64,000 nt of DNA from Methanotrichaceae archaeon (GTDB lineage: Archaea; Halobacteriota; Methanosarcinia; Methanotrichales; Methanotrichaceae): assembly GCA_963803145.1 (NCBI GenBank), contig CAWDLW010000026.1, positions 1 to 64,000 on the forward strand, written 5' to 3'. This document shows positions 8,638 through 18,597 of the stretch, in pieces. Within the stretch, counting starts at the first letter, position 1, and each line of letters opens with the position of its first letter. The notes under the pieces are model-generated. The model did no database searches and had not been told where the DNA came from. It saw nothing but the letters and a program-made list of their open reading frames with translations. The translations under genes were made by a program, and so were the position numbers.

Positions 8638-10470
8638 TTAGGCATTGATAGGGCTCTGACCTGGCAATCGAGGCAGTTGGATACTTGAAGGTATCTGGAT
8701 CTTGCCCAAGAGGTCATCTGAAACTCCGTTGTTGTTGGACTGTGTTCCGGCATCAGCCGGTGCCTCTTGTTGATTAGAGCTGCTAGAACTTGTAGATGGT
8801 GTATCAGACTGAGATGTAGAGGCGGAAGTATCGCTCGTAGATGAATAGCCGAAGGCCTGATCATTAGTTAAATCTTCGCTAGTGGTAGTGCCTTCATTGC
8901 TATTGGTGACCTCGATTGGAACACTGTTTGTCTCTTCTCCATTCAATTGGCCTATATTCATGGTTACCTTATCGTCCGGATTAAGAGTGGTATCTCCATT
9001 GCTGAAAACATGCTCACCACTTTCATCTATGCGGTTCGCTGAAACTTGGAAGTTGCCCGGATCGCTATTGCCACTGGTTTCAAAGCCGAAGCTTCCTGAG
9101 GTCGTATCCAGGCTAGCAGTGGCAGACCCACCATCATCCATATTAAAGCCACTTGTTTCAACTTCGTAAGATTGGTCTTCCGATGTTGCACCTAAGATTA
9201 AAACGGGAGCCATTGAGCGGCTAGCTTTATATTCCAGCTGGTATTGATTTCCTACCCTGGTTACGTTCATATAATCAATATCATCCGGCCCCAATAATAT
9301 TCGCTGTGCTCCCATCTCTGAGCCGGGTCCTATCATCATGACACTCAGGAAGCCATCTTCTGTGAGCCCAAAGCCATTGATTTTGACTTTAAAATTGCCG
9401 CTGGCAGGCAAGATGTATAACGGATTCCTCTTTTTAGCGGTCTTGAACTTGAAATACTTGACTTCTGCCTTTGGGATTTCATTTACGAATTTATTCAGCT
9501 CAGGATATCCTATCCTTCGACCAAGCGCATCTGTAATCAAGAGACTTGCATTGCCGTCTTGCCAGACCTGGATGTACTCTTCGCCAGGCGAAGCTCCAGT
9601 ACCGCCTAGGCTGTTATCACAGAAATCGCACCTCTGTTTCTCTAATCTCGATGAGATAGACACTACTTCCAGGTTCCGAGTGCTAGCATTGCCGGTATAT
9701 AATGCTGAAGGCTCATTTGGGTTGACTGATGCGTAGTACATCCACGTGTTATCTTTTGTATTTACTCTTACTGATCTTATCACATCTGGAAAGTTGTTAT
9801 CATAAACCAGTATTTCTGCTGTGCCATTGCCAAAATCTTTTACAGCGATGGGGCTTATGGTATGCCCATCTGTTCCATCAGGCATGAAGAGTCCCATAAC
9901 CCACCACTCCGCAGCCTTTGAACCATCTTTAAATGCTTTCTTCAAGGTATCTAAGACGGCATCAGGGGATTCATCCACCTTTATGGACCCTCCGGGACTT
10001 GTAACCTGGGTAGCCCACCAGTAGGCAATTTCCTTTTGAAGGTTCTGGTTATCCAAGGACAGGTCCGCAGTATTCTCGCCTCCAAGGCTCATCGGGTTAA
10101 CCTTGTCGTAGTAGATAAGCTCGCTAAGTACTGCCATTCCTTCGCAGTGTCCATCTACCATGGCATTGTTGGCCTCAATCATCCATCGGTTTGCTGCAGG
10201 TGTGAGTGTAATTTCGCCACCTGCTTTGCTGGCGACTACTTTGTCGCCAAACATGCGTTGCATCTCTTTTGGGGTCAAACCTAAGGTCGGGATATTACTG
10301 CCGTAATTTTGAAAGCTGAATCCATTGACATCAGGACGAAAACCGCTATCCGTTGAGTTTATTATCTGCGATTGGCTACTGATGCTATTATTTGAAGGCG
10401 CAATCTGACCACTAGCACATATCAGTGTTACACCTAGAACTAAAAAGAGGAATAAAGCATGACACTTCAT
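8638..10470 (-). CDS. Secreted protein with putative papain-fold Cys-His-Asp/Asn catalytic domain
   Basis: Signal peptide; GFSFQNY, GHCEGM, GHTI and YDNNFP motifs; Ser/Thr-rich tail. Confidence 0.7.
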   Translation of the reverse strand: MKCHALFLFLVLGVTLICASGQIAPSNNSISSQSQIINSTDSGFRPDVNGFSFQNYGSNIPTLGLTPKEMQRMFGDKVVASKAGGEITLTPAANRWMIEANNAMVDGHCEGMAVLSELIYYDKVNPMSLGGENTADLSLDNQNLQKEIAYWWATQVTSPGGSIKVDESPDAVLDTLKKAFKDGSKAAEWWVMGLFMPDGTDGHTISPIAVKDFGNGTAEILVYDNNFPDVIRSVRVNTKDNTWMYYASVNPNEPSALYTGNASTRNLEVVSISSRLEKQRCDFCDNSLGGTGASPGEEYIQVWQDGNASLLITDALGRRIGYPELNKFVNEIPKAEVKYFKFKTAKKRNPLYILPASGNFKVKINGFGLTEDGFLSVMMIGPGSEMGAQRILLGPDDIDYMNVTRVGNQYQLEYKASRSMAPVLILGATSEDQSYEVETSGFNMDDGGSATASLDTTSGSFGFETSGNSDPGNFQVSANRIDESGEHVFSNGDTTLNPDDKVTMNIGQLNGEETNSVPIEVTNSNEGTTTSEDLTNDQAFGYSSTSDTSASTSQSDTPSTSSSSSNQQEAPADAGTQSNNNGVSDDLLGKIQIPSSIQLPRLPGQSPINA

Positions 10471-10890
10471 TTTCTCCCCGCCCTGATTGGTCAAAGACTT
10501 TTTTTGTTATTTTGCTTCTCAGCCATAAATCCTTTGCTTGAATGTAGATATATTCTAACTGTCCAATCGTTTCATCACTTGACTACCAAAGTTTGCTAGG
10601 ATTAAATCAAAAGATTAGCGAAGAAGATTGCAGAAATAAGATATGATTAAGCAAGACGGCAGAGACAATAAGTAAAGATACTATCCGTGTTTTTTTCAAT
10701 ATCGCACTAGATATAAATTACCGCACTCGATATGATATACTACTTCTCCTTCAACTGTTAGTGCCGATCGGATTCTGTTCTGAATTTGAGAGCACGGTGA
10801 ACGGTTTTCCCATCATATCCTGTGGATCTATCAATTCCAATAGAAGACAGCAGAAAAACTACAAGGCGCAGCTTATTCAATGAAAAAAAT

Positions 10891-10922
10891 AGATGTGAAC
10901 TCGCTTGCATGCGAGTTCATCT
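10891..10922. terminator. Hairpin downstream of the Cys-rich gene
   Basis: GAACTCGC-ttgcat-GCGAGTTC with extended stem; T-run follows on the minus strand. Confidence 0.65.
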
Positions 10923-10940
10923 ATAGCCTAGCATCATTTT

Positions 10941-12581
10941 CTAGTTTTTCTTTGTGCAGGCACCATTAACGCAGATCCTGTTGCCATTACATGTTGTTCC
11001 ACATCCACCGCAGTTACTATTATCGCTAGATGTGTCAACACACTTGCCACCGCAGTTGAGCTGACCACTTGGACATGTACATGATCCACTCGAACAGATC
11101 TGGCCGCTTGGGCAGGTTTTTCCACATCCACCGCAGTTACTGATACTACTCGATGTATCGATGCATGTACCGCCGCAATTAGTCAGACTAATTGGGCATG
11201 CACATGCTCCATTGACACAGGTCATGCCGCCAGTGCAAGTCGTTCCACATGCGCCGCAATTACTGCTGCTACTCGATGTATCGACACATGTACCGCCGCA
11301 ATTAGTCTGACCACTTGGGCATGCACATGATCCGCTTGAACAGATCTGGCCGCTTGGGCAGGTTTTTCCACATCCACCGCAGTTACTGATACTGGTAGAT
11401 GTATCGACACATGTACCGACGCAAGTGGTCTGGTCACTTGGGCATGCACATGCTCCATTGACACAGGTCATGCCGCCAGTGCAAGTCGTTCCACATGCAC
11501 CGCAGTTACTATTATCGCTAGATGTATCGACGCATGTATCGCCGCAATTGGTTCGACCGCCACTACAAACTAATGTACACACTCCATTGACGCAGCTTTG
11601 GCCGTTACCACAAGCATTACCACAAGAGCCGCAATTGCTGTTGGTATTGAGAGGTGTCTCGCATCCATTGCTTGCTGCACCATCGCAGTTACCGAAGCCT
11701 GCACTGCATGAAGAAACTGTGCATTGACCACCAGAACAGGCACCCACAGCATTGGCTAAGCTACAAGTTTTTCCACATCCTCCGCAATTATTAGAATCGC
11801 TAGATGTATCAACGCATATGCCATTGCAGATGCTTTGACCGCTTGGGCATGTGCATGATCCGCTCACACAAATCTTTCCTCCAGTACAGGCTGTTCCACA
11901 AGCACCGCAATTACTGTTATCAGTCTGGGTATTTGTGCAGGCTCCATTACATATTGCATAGCCTGACGGTATATTCTGCGGATTAGAGCAAACTCCAGTT
12001 GAAGGACCACAGGTTCCTACATCATGGCATTGATCTAAGGCTTTGCAAACTACAGGATTTCCGCCTTTGCATACTCCATTCTGACAAGTATCCGTCTGTG
12101 TACAGGCATTCTTATCGTCGCACGTAGCAGCATTGTTCCTATGTATGCAACCTGATGCTGAATTGCAGGAATCGTCAGTACAGGGATTTTGATCATCACA
12201 GCTTATTGGAGTATGGATACATTGCCCATTGAGACATTTATCCCTCGTGCAGGCATTCCCATCATCACAGTTTATTGAGGTATGTATACACTGTCCATTA
12301 GAACAGCTATCTTTCGTACAGGCATCCAGGTCATCACAGCTTATCGGAGTATGGATACACTGCCCATTAGCACAGCTATCTTTCGTACAGGCATTCCCAT
12401 CATCACAGCTTATTTGGGTATGGATACACTTCCCACTAACACAGCTATCCTTCGTACAGGCGTTCCCATCATCACAATTAGGACACGTCTGAGTTGACTG
12501 AATAGGGGAGCCACATATTCCTAGGTTCCAGAACAGTAGCATAATTAATAATATGCACATAACTGTTCGAATAACAGACAT
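10941..12581 (-). CDS. Secreted cysteine-rich repeat protein (Dictyostelium CTDC-like and Stig1/myxobacterial-like repeats)
   Basis: Signal peptide; about 6 x CDDGNACTxDxC units, then about 8 x CVDTSSDxxNCGxCGxxC units. Confidence 0.85.
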   Translation of the reverse strand: MSVIRTVMCILLIMLLFWNLGICGSPIQSTQTCPNCDDGNACTKDSCVSGKCIHTQISCDDGNACTKDSCANGQCIHTPISCDDLDACTKDSCSNGQCIHTSINCDDGNACTRDKCLNGQCIHTPISCDDQNPCTDDSCNSASGCIHRNNAATCDDKNACTQTDTCQNGVCKGGNPVVCKALDQCHDVGTCGPSTGVCSNPQNIPSGYAICNGACTNTQTDNSNCGACGTACTGGKICVSGSCTCPSGQSICNGICVDTSSDSNNCGGCGKTCSLANAVGACSGGQCTVSSCSAGFGNCDGAASNGCETPLNTNSNCGSCGNACGNGQSCVNGVCTLVCSGGRTNCGDTCVDTSSDNSNCGACGTTCTGGMTCVNGACACPSDQTTCVGTCVDTSTSISNCGGCGKTCPSGQICSSGSCACPSGQTNCGGTCVDTSSSSSNCGACGTTCTGGMTCVNGACACPISLTNCGGTCIDTSSSISNCGGCGKTCPSGQICSSGSCTCPSGQLNCGGKCVDTSSDNSNCGGCGTTCNGNRICVNGACTKKN

Positions 12582-12882
12582 TTCCTCCCTCCTTAAATTC
12601 TCAATCTATTGCAAACGACGATGATAAATACTCTTATTAAAAGATATCGATAGAGATAATCCCATATTCGTATAAATTCATTGGTTATGTAACCATCTTC
12701 TGATCGCTTTCTCACCACCTATTTCACCTTCAATTTCCAAAGTAGTTCTTCGGTTCATTCTAAACACTTAATAATCTGTGTGCAACGCTTAAGCAATCAA
12801 ATCAATCAACAAAAAACGAGGGAAAGAGAATAAGTGCCTATAGTCATCTCACTCAATCTCTTTAGCCAAGACATAGATTACC

Positions 12883-13638
12883 TCACTTTTTAGTCCCGCC
12901 GAAAATAGCGAATATGCTGTACTTGTAAAAGCAATCAACGTTTTCAAAGCCTGCCTCATTTAGCGCCTGAAGTTGATCAAACAGCGAGCTAGGCTTATTC
13001 TCTGTTTTCATCTTGTATTGAAGTGGAAAATCATCGTACTCGCGGACTTGGTCCCTTAAACCACTATTTAGTAGAGCCTCATTCATCCAGTCTCTCCACA
13101 TATCGAACTGCCACTGCTCGCTTAACTCTGAAGAAGGCAGCACAGGGTCGATATTGATGAATAATCCGCCTTCCTTTAATTCCTGGAAGATCTTTCTGTA
13201 TAGCTTTGACTTGTCTGACAGATCTAAGTGGTGGATGGCGTTGGCAGAATAGATGAAATCATAATAGGCTTCATCTGCTTTCGCCGAAATATAATCTTCA
13301 AATGTCTGATGGATGTAAAACACATTCGGCCCTTGAATGTTTTGCTTAGCCTTCTCAAGCATCTTGTAAGAGCCGTCCAGCAAATAGAACGTATTTTCCG
13401 GAGACTTAAGCTGGATGTATTTTGATAGTGCACCATCGCCGCAGCCTATATCTAAAAGCGCTAATCCGCTTTTATTACCAAACCTGTACCGATACAAATC
13501 AAGTAAGACCTTCATAAATCGTCTTCTTTCGATAACCACAATATCGGCTGAGTCTACGTATGCATCAGCTTTGGTGCCGTCCCAAGTACCGTCCCAAGCA
13601 TGGCTTTGATTAGCATCCATTTCTGCCTTCGTTTGCAT
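12883..13638 (-). CDS. Class I SAM-dependent methyltransferase
   Basis: LLDIGCGDG motif I; YDFIYSANAIHHL; LKEGGLFIN. Confidence 0.9.
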   Translation of the reverse strand: MQTKAEMDANQSHAWDGTWDGTKADAYVDSADIVVIERRRFMKVLLDLYRYRFGNKSGLALLDIGCGDGALSKYIQLKSPENTFYLLDGSYKMLEKAKQNIQGPNVFYIHQTFEDYISAKADEAYYDFIYSANAIHHLDLSDKSKLYRKIFQELKEGGLFINIDPVLPSSELSEQWQFDMWRDWMNEALLNSGLRDQVREYDDFPLQYKMKTENKPSSLFDQLQALNEAGFENVDCFYKYSIFAIFGGTKK

Positions 13639-13682
13639 GCGGCTACTTAAAATTATTGTTTTTTTGAATTTAGGTTACATAT

Positions 13683-14432
13683 TTAGACGACTTTTGATCC
13701 GGAAACTTTATGCTTACGGCCATGAGGACAGACATAGAGACACATGCCGCAGACTGCCCTACCCGTTTTTTTCTCTATATCCTTCAAATACTCCTGGCAT
13801 TTGAGGGCGTCGTATCTGGCCTCTCTGGGCTCATCCTCAGTAAAAGCCCTGCCAGTGAAGGCAGAGACAGGACAGATCTTCACGCACTCCTGGCACTCGC
13901 CGCATCTCTGCTCCATGGGCTCTCCCGTAGCCTCTAGAGGAGCATCGGTCAGGATGGTGGCAAAGCGAACCCTTGGGCCTGCCTCTGGAGTTACTAAGAG
14001 GCAGCTTTTCCCGATCCATCCTAAGCCCGCTAGATGAGCAGCCATCTTGTGAGAAAAGGCAGCACAGATCTTCTCATCATTCACCCTTTGAGAGGAGGAT
14101 AAGGGATAGGCTCTGTATCCCTCATGCTCCAGTTCCCTGCTGAGGCGAAGGGTGATGATGTCCAGCTGATCGTTGACGACATCGTAGGCGTGGTGCCTGT
14201 AGGCTACAGATACGGCTCTATCCGATCTCTTGGGGAGCTGGTCCACTATGGTGTCCAGGAGGATGATGCCTAGGGATATCGCCCTTGGGTAGCGGGTCAA
14301 TTCAGGACCGCCCTGAGCTTCTATGGCCTCCCTGGCAGGAGCGAGGTCAGCCACGCCGAAGAGATCTGCACCCAGATCATAAGACAGCTTCCTAAGTCTC
14401 TCCTCTATCTGCATAGGCTGTAATCCTACCAT
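13683..14432 (-). CDS. QueG/reductive dehalogenase-like 2x[4Fe-4S] protein
   Basis: SHKMAAHLAGLGWIGK, GPRVRF, CxxCxxCxxxCP and CGMCLYVCP. Confidence 0.85.
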   Translation of the reverse strand: MVGLQPMQIEERLRKLSYDLGADLFGVADLAPAREAIEAQGGPELTRYPRAISLGIILLDTIVDQLPKRSDRAVSVAYRHHAYDVVNDQLDIITLRLSRELEHEGYRAYPLSSSQRVNDEKICAAFSHKMAAHLAGLGWIGKSCLLVTPEAGPRVRFATILTDAPLEATGEPMEQRCGECQECVKICPVSAFTGRAFTEDEPREARYDALKCQEYLKDIEKKTGRAVCGMCLYVCPHGRKHKVSGSKVV

Positions 14433-14722
14433 CTCCGAAAAATCACTTTCGCCCCTATCGGCCTACCGGTCATTTACCAGATCTTCCAAGATACCATAGC
14501 ATAGATAAATGGCAAGGATGGTTACCTCAAAAATTCACAGCCAGCTTAAAAGTCCCTTCGGTAGAGTTGGACGATAAGCTGGAAGGATCGGCTTCATCCT
14601 CAATTTCAGATCTATAAAATCTCACCTGTATAGGCCTTCTGCAAATGTCCTGCTGGAAACTGTGCCAGAACATATCTAGCTCTATAAAATGAATTATAGG
14701 TAAATATTATTTGTGGCTCACC

Positions 14723-15421
14723 TCAGCAATCTATGCCGCTACACGGAGGTACTTTTTTCTCAGATACTGGGTTCTCGTGGAACTTGATTAGCTTTTCAGC
14801 CTCAAACTTTCCACTGAACATTTCATGAGATTTGATATCCTTGTAGAACTTTTTGTGCCATTTTGTGTCAGTGCTCCAGGTGCCGTTAAATGTATTCTTT
14901 GTATCGATGCCCATTGTATGCACAGGATTCTGGTATGGCAGATGTACGGTCCTGGATTTGTTTCCCGTTGAGGATACAAAAGAAGTCTGCTCTTTCTCAA
15001 TCTGATATACATTGAAGTTCTCCTTTATCCTCGCTCCAATTGCAGATGAAAGAGATTTTTTGCCGACCAAAGGTGTCGATCCGGAATAGGCCAATTTGAG
15101 GTTCTCGAAAAAGTTGAGGCTCGATTCGTTGGTATCATTTAAGGCATCGACTTTTCTCAGAAGCTTCTCGGCATTCTGAGAATACTCGCTATCCTGATCG
15201 ATCTCAATATCGCCATTTCCAGCCATAGAATTTTGATATCCGAGGGAGATCTCAGAATCATCAATCGAGGTGCTGATATCAGTAACGCCTTTGCCTGTTA
15301 TCTTTTGCACATCACAGAACTGTCCATACTGCAGTGGCACTTTTATCGGAGACATTGCAACTCCTGCATTAATGAATACCAAAATGGAAATTATCCGCAT
15401 CGCTACCAATAATCCCCTCAT
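14723..15421 (-). CDS. Secreted hypothetical protein (C-terminal PCSGIDC)
   Basis: Signal peptide, 232-aa ORF. Confidence 0.75.
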   Translation of the reverse strand: MRGLLVAMRIISILVFINAGVAMSPIKVPLQYGQFCDVQKITGKGVTDISTSIDDSEISLGYQNSMAGNGDIEIDQDSEYSQNAEKLLRKVDALNDTNESSLNFFENLKLAYSGSTPLVGKKSLSSAIGARIKENFNVYQIEKEQTSFVSSTGNKSRTVHLPYQNPVHTMGIDTKNTFNGTWSTDTKWHKKFYKDIKSHEMFSGKFEAEKLIKFHENPVSEKKVPPCSGIDC

Positions 15422-15640
15422 ATCATTGCTACCCCCTTCTGCTTCTGATATACGTCTATTCTATAATTCTTTTGATGCTATTCTCCCTGCCCTATTTTAA
15501 CTTTCCGCATAGTTAATGATGTTATACAAGAAAATTGATAATAATTAGTCTATAATTCTTTTAATCACTTTCCCTTGATGTAGCTATCAGGATGCAAAGA
15601 GGTTCAAGGATGACGGTCTTAAAATAGGGGGTAACTTCAG

Positions 15641-17116
15641 TTAACCGATCATCACCTTAGTGAGGGTGCCTACTAAAAGGGCAAAAAGTAGCCATTGTAA
15701 CGACTTCAAAAAAACCGATATATATCTATACTTTCCTGCAGGCTTGATCTCAGTGTGTACTTCCAAGAATGTGGCTAAAGAATAATATATGGAATCGAGA
15801 AAGAGCTCTTTTTTATCCGAATGTTCGTGGCCTTTCAGACCCCTCCCTAGGAAGAAGACAAATGCACAGAATAAAATCAAGATCAAGGAACATGTCACCG
15901 GACGATCGGGTCTAACGCCATATCCACAAGTTACTTCGGCAACGATATCATAAGCCTTCGACCAGCTCCAGCTCTTGGACTCTTGGCTTAGGAATCTGTA
16001 CTGGTAATAACAATCATCAGCCTCATCCAGGCCAAGGTCTCTATAGTTCTTCACTAAAGAAAGGTAAGCAGAGCTATCATAGCTCAAAATATCCTTGATT
16101 AGGCTCCATTTTACCATAAATCTGTTGATATCTGCCTTGGCCAAAAATAAATGTGATCTTTCGTTAAACGTAGCATTATCGAACACCATTGTGTTAATCT
16201 CTGTACTATTCATGGCCAGATTTTTATCGAATCGTGCCTCAGAAAAGTCTGATGGCGCTATGAACTGGGCATTACTAAATATAGCATTCCCATGGAATTG
16301 TGTGTTATCGAAGAAAGAAGGCCCATTAAACATAACGCTTGAAAAATCTGTGGTATTGTTGAAATAAGCATTTCGAATTGCTGTGTCTCTAACAAATTGG
16401 GCTTTGTCAAATCTGGATGATCCAAGGAATGTCACATTATTAAAATTAGATCCGAAGCCGAAATTGGCCACATGGAAATCAGCGTTCCCTGTAAATCTAG
16501 CCTTTGAACAACTGAGATATGTATTGAATTGTGCGGCGCCAAAGCCAGCATTTTTCAGGAATTTTGCCGATTCAAAATTTGCATAAGCACCATCAAACTC
16601 TGCAAGATCAAAAGCAGCTTTTCCTTTAAATGTGGAGTCATAGAAGCTTCCAAATTTGTCGAATTCAGAGGAGGAGAAACTAGCCTTATTATCAAATATA
16701 TTATAATCAAAGGTTGCGCCTTCAAGAAACTTAGATTGGCTGAAGTTTGCATCCCCATAGAACCGACTCTTACTAAAATCAACCTCTCCCCCGAATGTCG
16801 CCCCAAAGAAGCTAGTATTTTTGCAAAAGGATGTATTTGTAAAGTCAATCTTTTCATTGAAGGTTGCGCCCGGCGCGGATATATTCCCCTCGATTATCGA
16901 ATTTGTGATTTTTAAGGATTTATATACTGCCTGATTTAGCTCAAGATCACCCGTTAATTTGATATGATCGTAAATTATTGAGCTGCCTTCGGTGCTGCCC
17001 TCTAAGTCCGCTGCATGAATTTCCGTAAATTTAGGAAGTCCCGGACTTGATGCAGCGTTCTCAGTTGCGCTCGCTATTGTAATGATCATTAATGCTATCA
17101 ATGGAATAAGCTGCAT
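15641..17116 (-). CDS. Pentapeptide-repeat protein with C-terminal ion-channel-like 2TM domain
   Basis: Repeated F-x-x-A-x-F units; CGYGVRP, TM helix, DSIYYS pore-helix-like segment, TM helix. Confidence 0.85.
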   Translation of the reverse strand: MQLIPLIALMIITIASATENAASSPGLPKFTEIHAADLEGSTEGSSIIYDHIKLTGDLELNQAVYKSLKITNSIIEGNISAPGATFNEKIDFTNTSFCKNTSFFGATFGGEVDFSKSRFYGDANFSQSKFLEGATFDYNIFDNKASFSSSEFDKFGSFYDSTFKGKAAFDLAEFDGAYANFESAKFLKNAGFGAAQFNTYLSCSKARFTGNADFHVANFGFGSNFNNVTFLGSSRFDKAQFVRDTAIRNAYFNNTTDFSSVMFNGPSFFDNTQFHGNAIFSNAQFIAPSDFSEARFDKNLAMNSTEINTMVFDNATFNERSHLFLAKADINRFMVKWSLIKDILSYDSSAYLSLVKNYRDLGLDEADDCYYQYRFLSQESKSWSWSKAYDIVAEVTCGYGVRPDRPVTCSLILILFCAFVFFLGRGLKGHEHSDKKELFLDSIYYSLATFLEVHTEIKPAGKYRYISVFLKSLQWLLFALLVGTLTKVMIG

Positions 17117-17343
17117 CCTCAGGTTGATATCCCCCTAAATATCCGTTAATTGCAAGGTCCTTTATTGTATGATCTCTTCATCAATTCGATATGACTTCTT
17201 GTATAGCGTTGGAAACTATGCTAATATAGATATGGCTACCCTCTAGAGTGCCAAGTAGTGCCATCACATTTTCTCTGACTCAACTATTAACAATTAAAAA
17301 TAAATTGGTAAAATCGAGATTCTATATGGTATACTCTCCAGAC

Positions 17344-17628
17344 TTATGGTCCTTGATCACTATCATCTGGTTCCTTTCCTTTTACTTTAGCAAATGGATT
17401 CGTTACGTTCTTAGAGGTAGTATTACCTGCGGTCATGTTCTTAGCAGTCAAGTTAGAGGATGCTGTAGTATTTTGGGCGGTTGCATTAATCGTTCCATTG
17501 GTAGTATTCATTTTAGTGGCATTAAGCTTATCCTTAGATGCTGTCTGATTCTCTGCCAGAGCAACAAATATGGAGAGCGCCAGGAGCACAGATACGAGCA
17601 AAACTCCAAGTTCTATTGACCTTCTCAT
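17344..17628 (-). CDS. Small secreted Asn/Thr-rich protein with many N-glycosylation sequons
   Basis: Signal peptide; NQT, NAT, NTT, NGT, NLT, NMT, NVT sequons. Confidence 0.7.
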   Translation of the reverse strand: MRRSIELGVLLVSVLLALSIFVALAENQTASKDKLNATKMNTTNGTINATAQNTTASSNLTAKNMTAGNTTSKNVTNPFAKVKGKEPDDSDQGP

Positions 17629-18013
17629 TCATATCCCCCATCTTTAAATTCTTACAGATCCTCACATCTAAATTTAAACCTTTCCAATAGGTAGATAATT
17701 AATAAATGGATTATCGATCTGCCTATTAACCCATACTTTTGGCAAATACTATTATGGTTATCAGGATTGATAGCTATATCAGCTATTGCTAAATGATTAA
17801 TCAATACATAGATTATTTATGCTTGTATATATCTTTTAGCTAAATTTTTATCTGATATTTTAATAATTTGTCCTGAATATTAATTAACTTAGCCGCAACA
17901 TGCGCGCATTAAATCAATTCTAAAGCGGTAGGCGATAAGTTATCCAACCATCATTGCATGATATCGACAAAAGTCAAAAGCCTTATTACACTTGCTAAAG
18001 GAAGTAATCATGC

Positions 18014-18448
18014 ATGGCAGATAAGGGGCCTATACAACTGGACATAGGTATAGTCGTATCGAGCGTTGGGGGAAATTCCAGTCAAGACAGAAATCAATTC
18101 CATGGCCTTTTTTCGTTATTCGGTATTGACTTTGGTCTTTATATTGGACCGTCCTACAATCTATTTCAGACCATAGGGCCAAGCATCGGCATTGGTCTTC
18201 TCATAGGACATAACGGTTTTTTGGCCGGGAAACTGGGGATTCATTTCAAGAGAACATTTGGTTTAGCCATTTTAATTCCGATAGTACCCATTTATGGTGT
18301 TACCGGCGCCAGCTTCCTATCTACGCTGCCTATTCCACAAGGGGTTAAAGCTGCCACAGCTATACCGCTACTCCTTGTGCCAGCAGCATTTGCATATCAA
18401 GAAGAATTCACAATGCTTTTCAGAAGAATTAAGCAAAGGTTCAAATAA
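18014..18448 (+). CDS. Hypothetical Gly-rich hydrophobic protein
   Basis: 144-aa ORF with hydrophobic C-terminal half and basic tail. Confidence 0.55.
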   Translation: MADKGPIQLDIGIVVSSVGGNSSQDRNQFHGLFSLFGIDFGLYIGPSYNLFQTIGPSIGIGLLIGHNGFLAGKLGIHFKRTFGLAILIPIVPIYGVTGASFLSTLPIPQGVKAATAIPLLLVPAAFAYQEEFTMLFRRIKQRFK

Positions 18449-18597
18449 AATTGTATGTGTCAAAAGCTCTGTGGAATACTGATGTATCTACATAAAAAAT
18501 TTTAGTCAAACAGGCACACCCGAAGCAAGCTGTGGGGTATTCACTTAAAATATGGAGCAGAATCGGCATTTCTTGCCAGATCGCTTGCTATGTTATT

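Noticed and set aside
10941-12497. DNA repeats and antisense ORFs that could suggest a CRISPR array
   Set aside because: Periods are multiples of 3 inside a coding gene; no repeat-spacer structure and no cas genes
14433-14720. 48-codon minus-strand ORF
   Set aside because: No recognisable motif or SD; probably spurious
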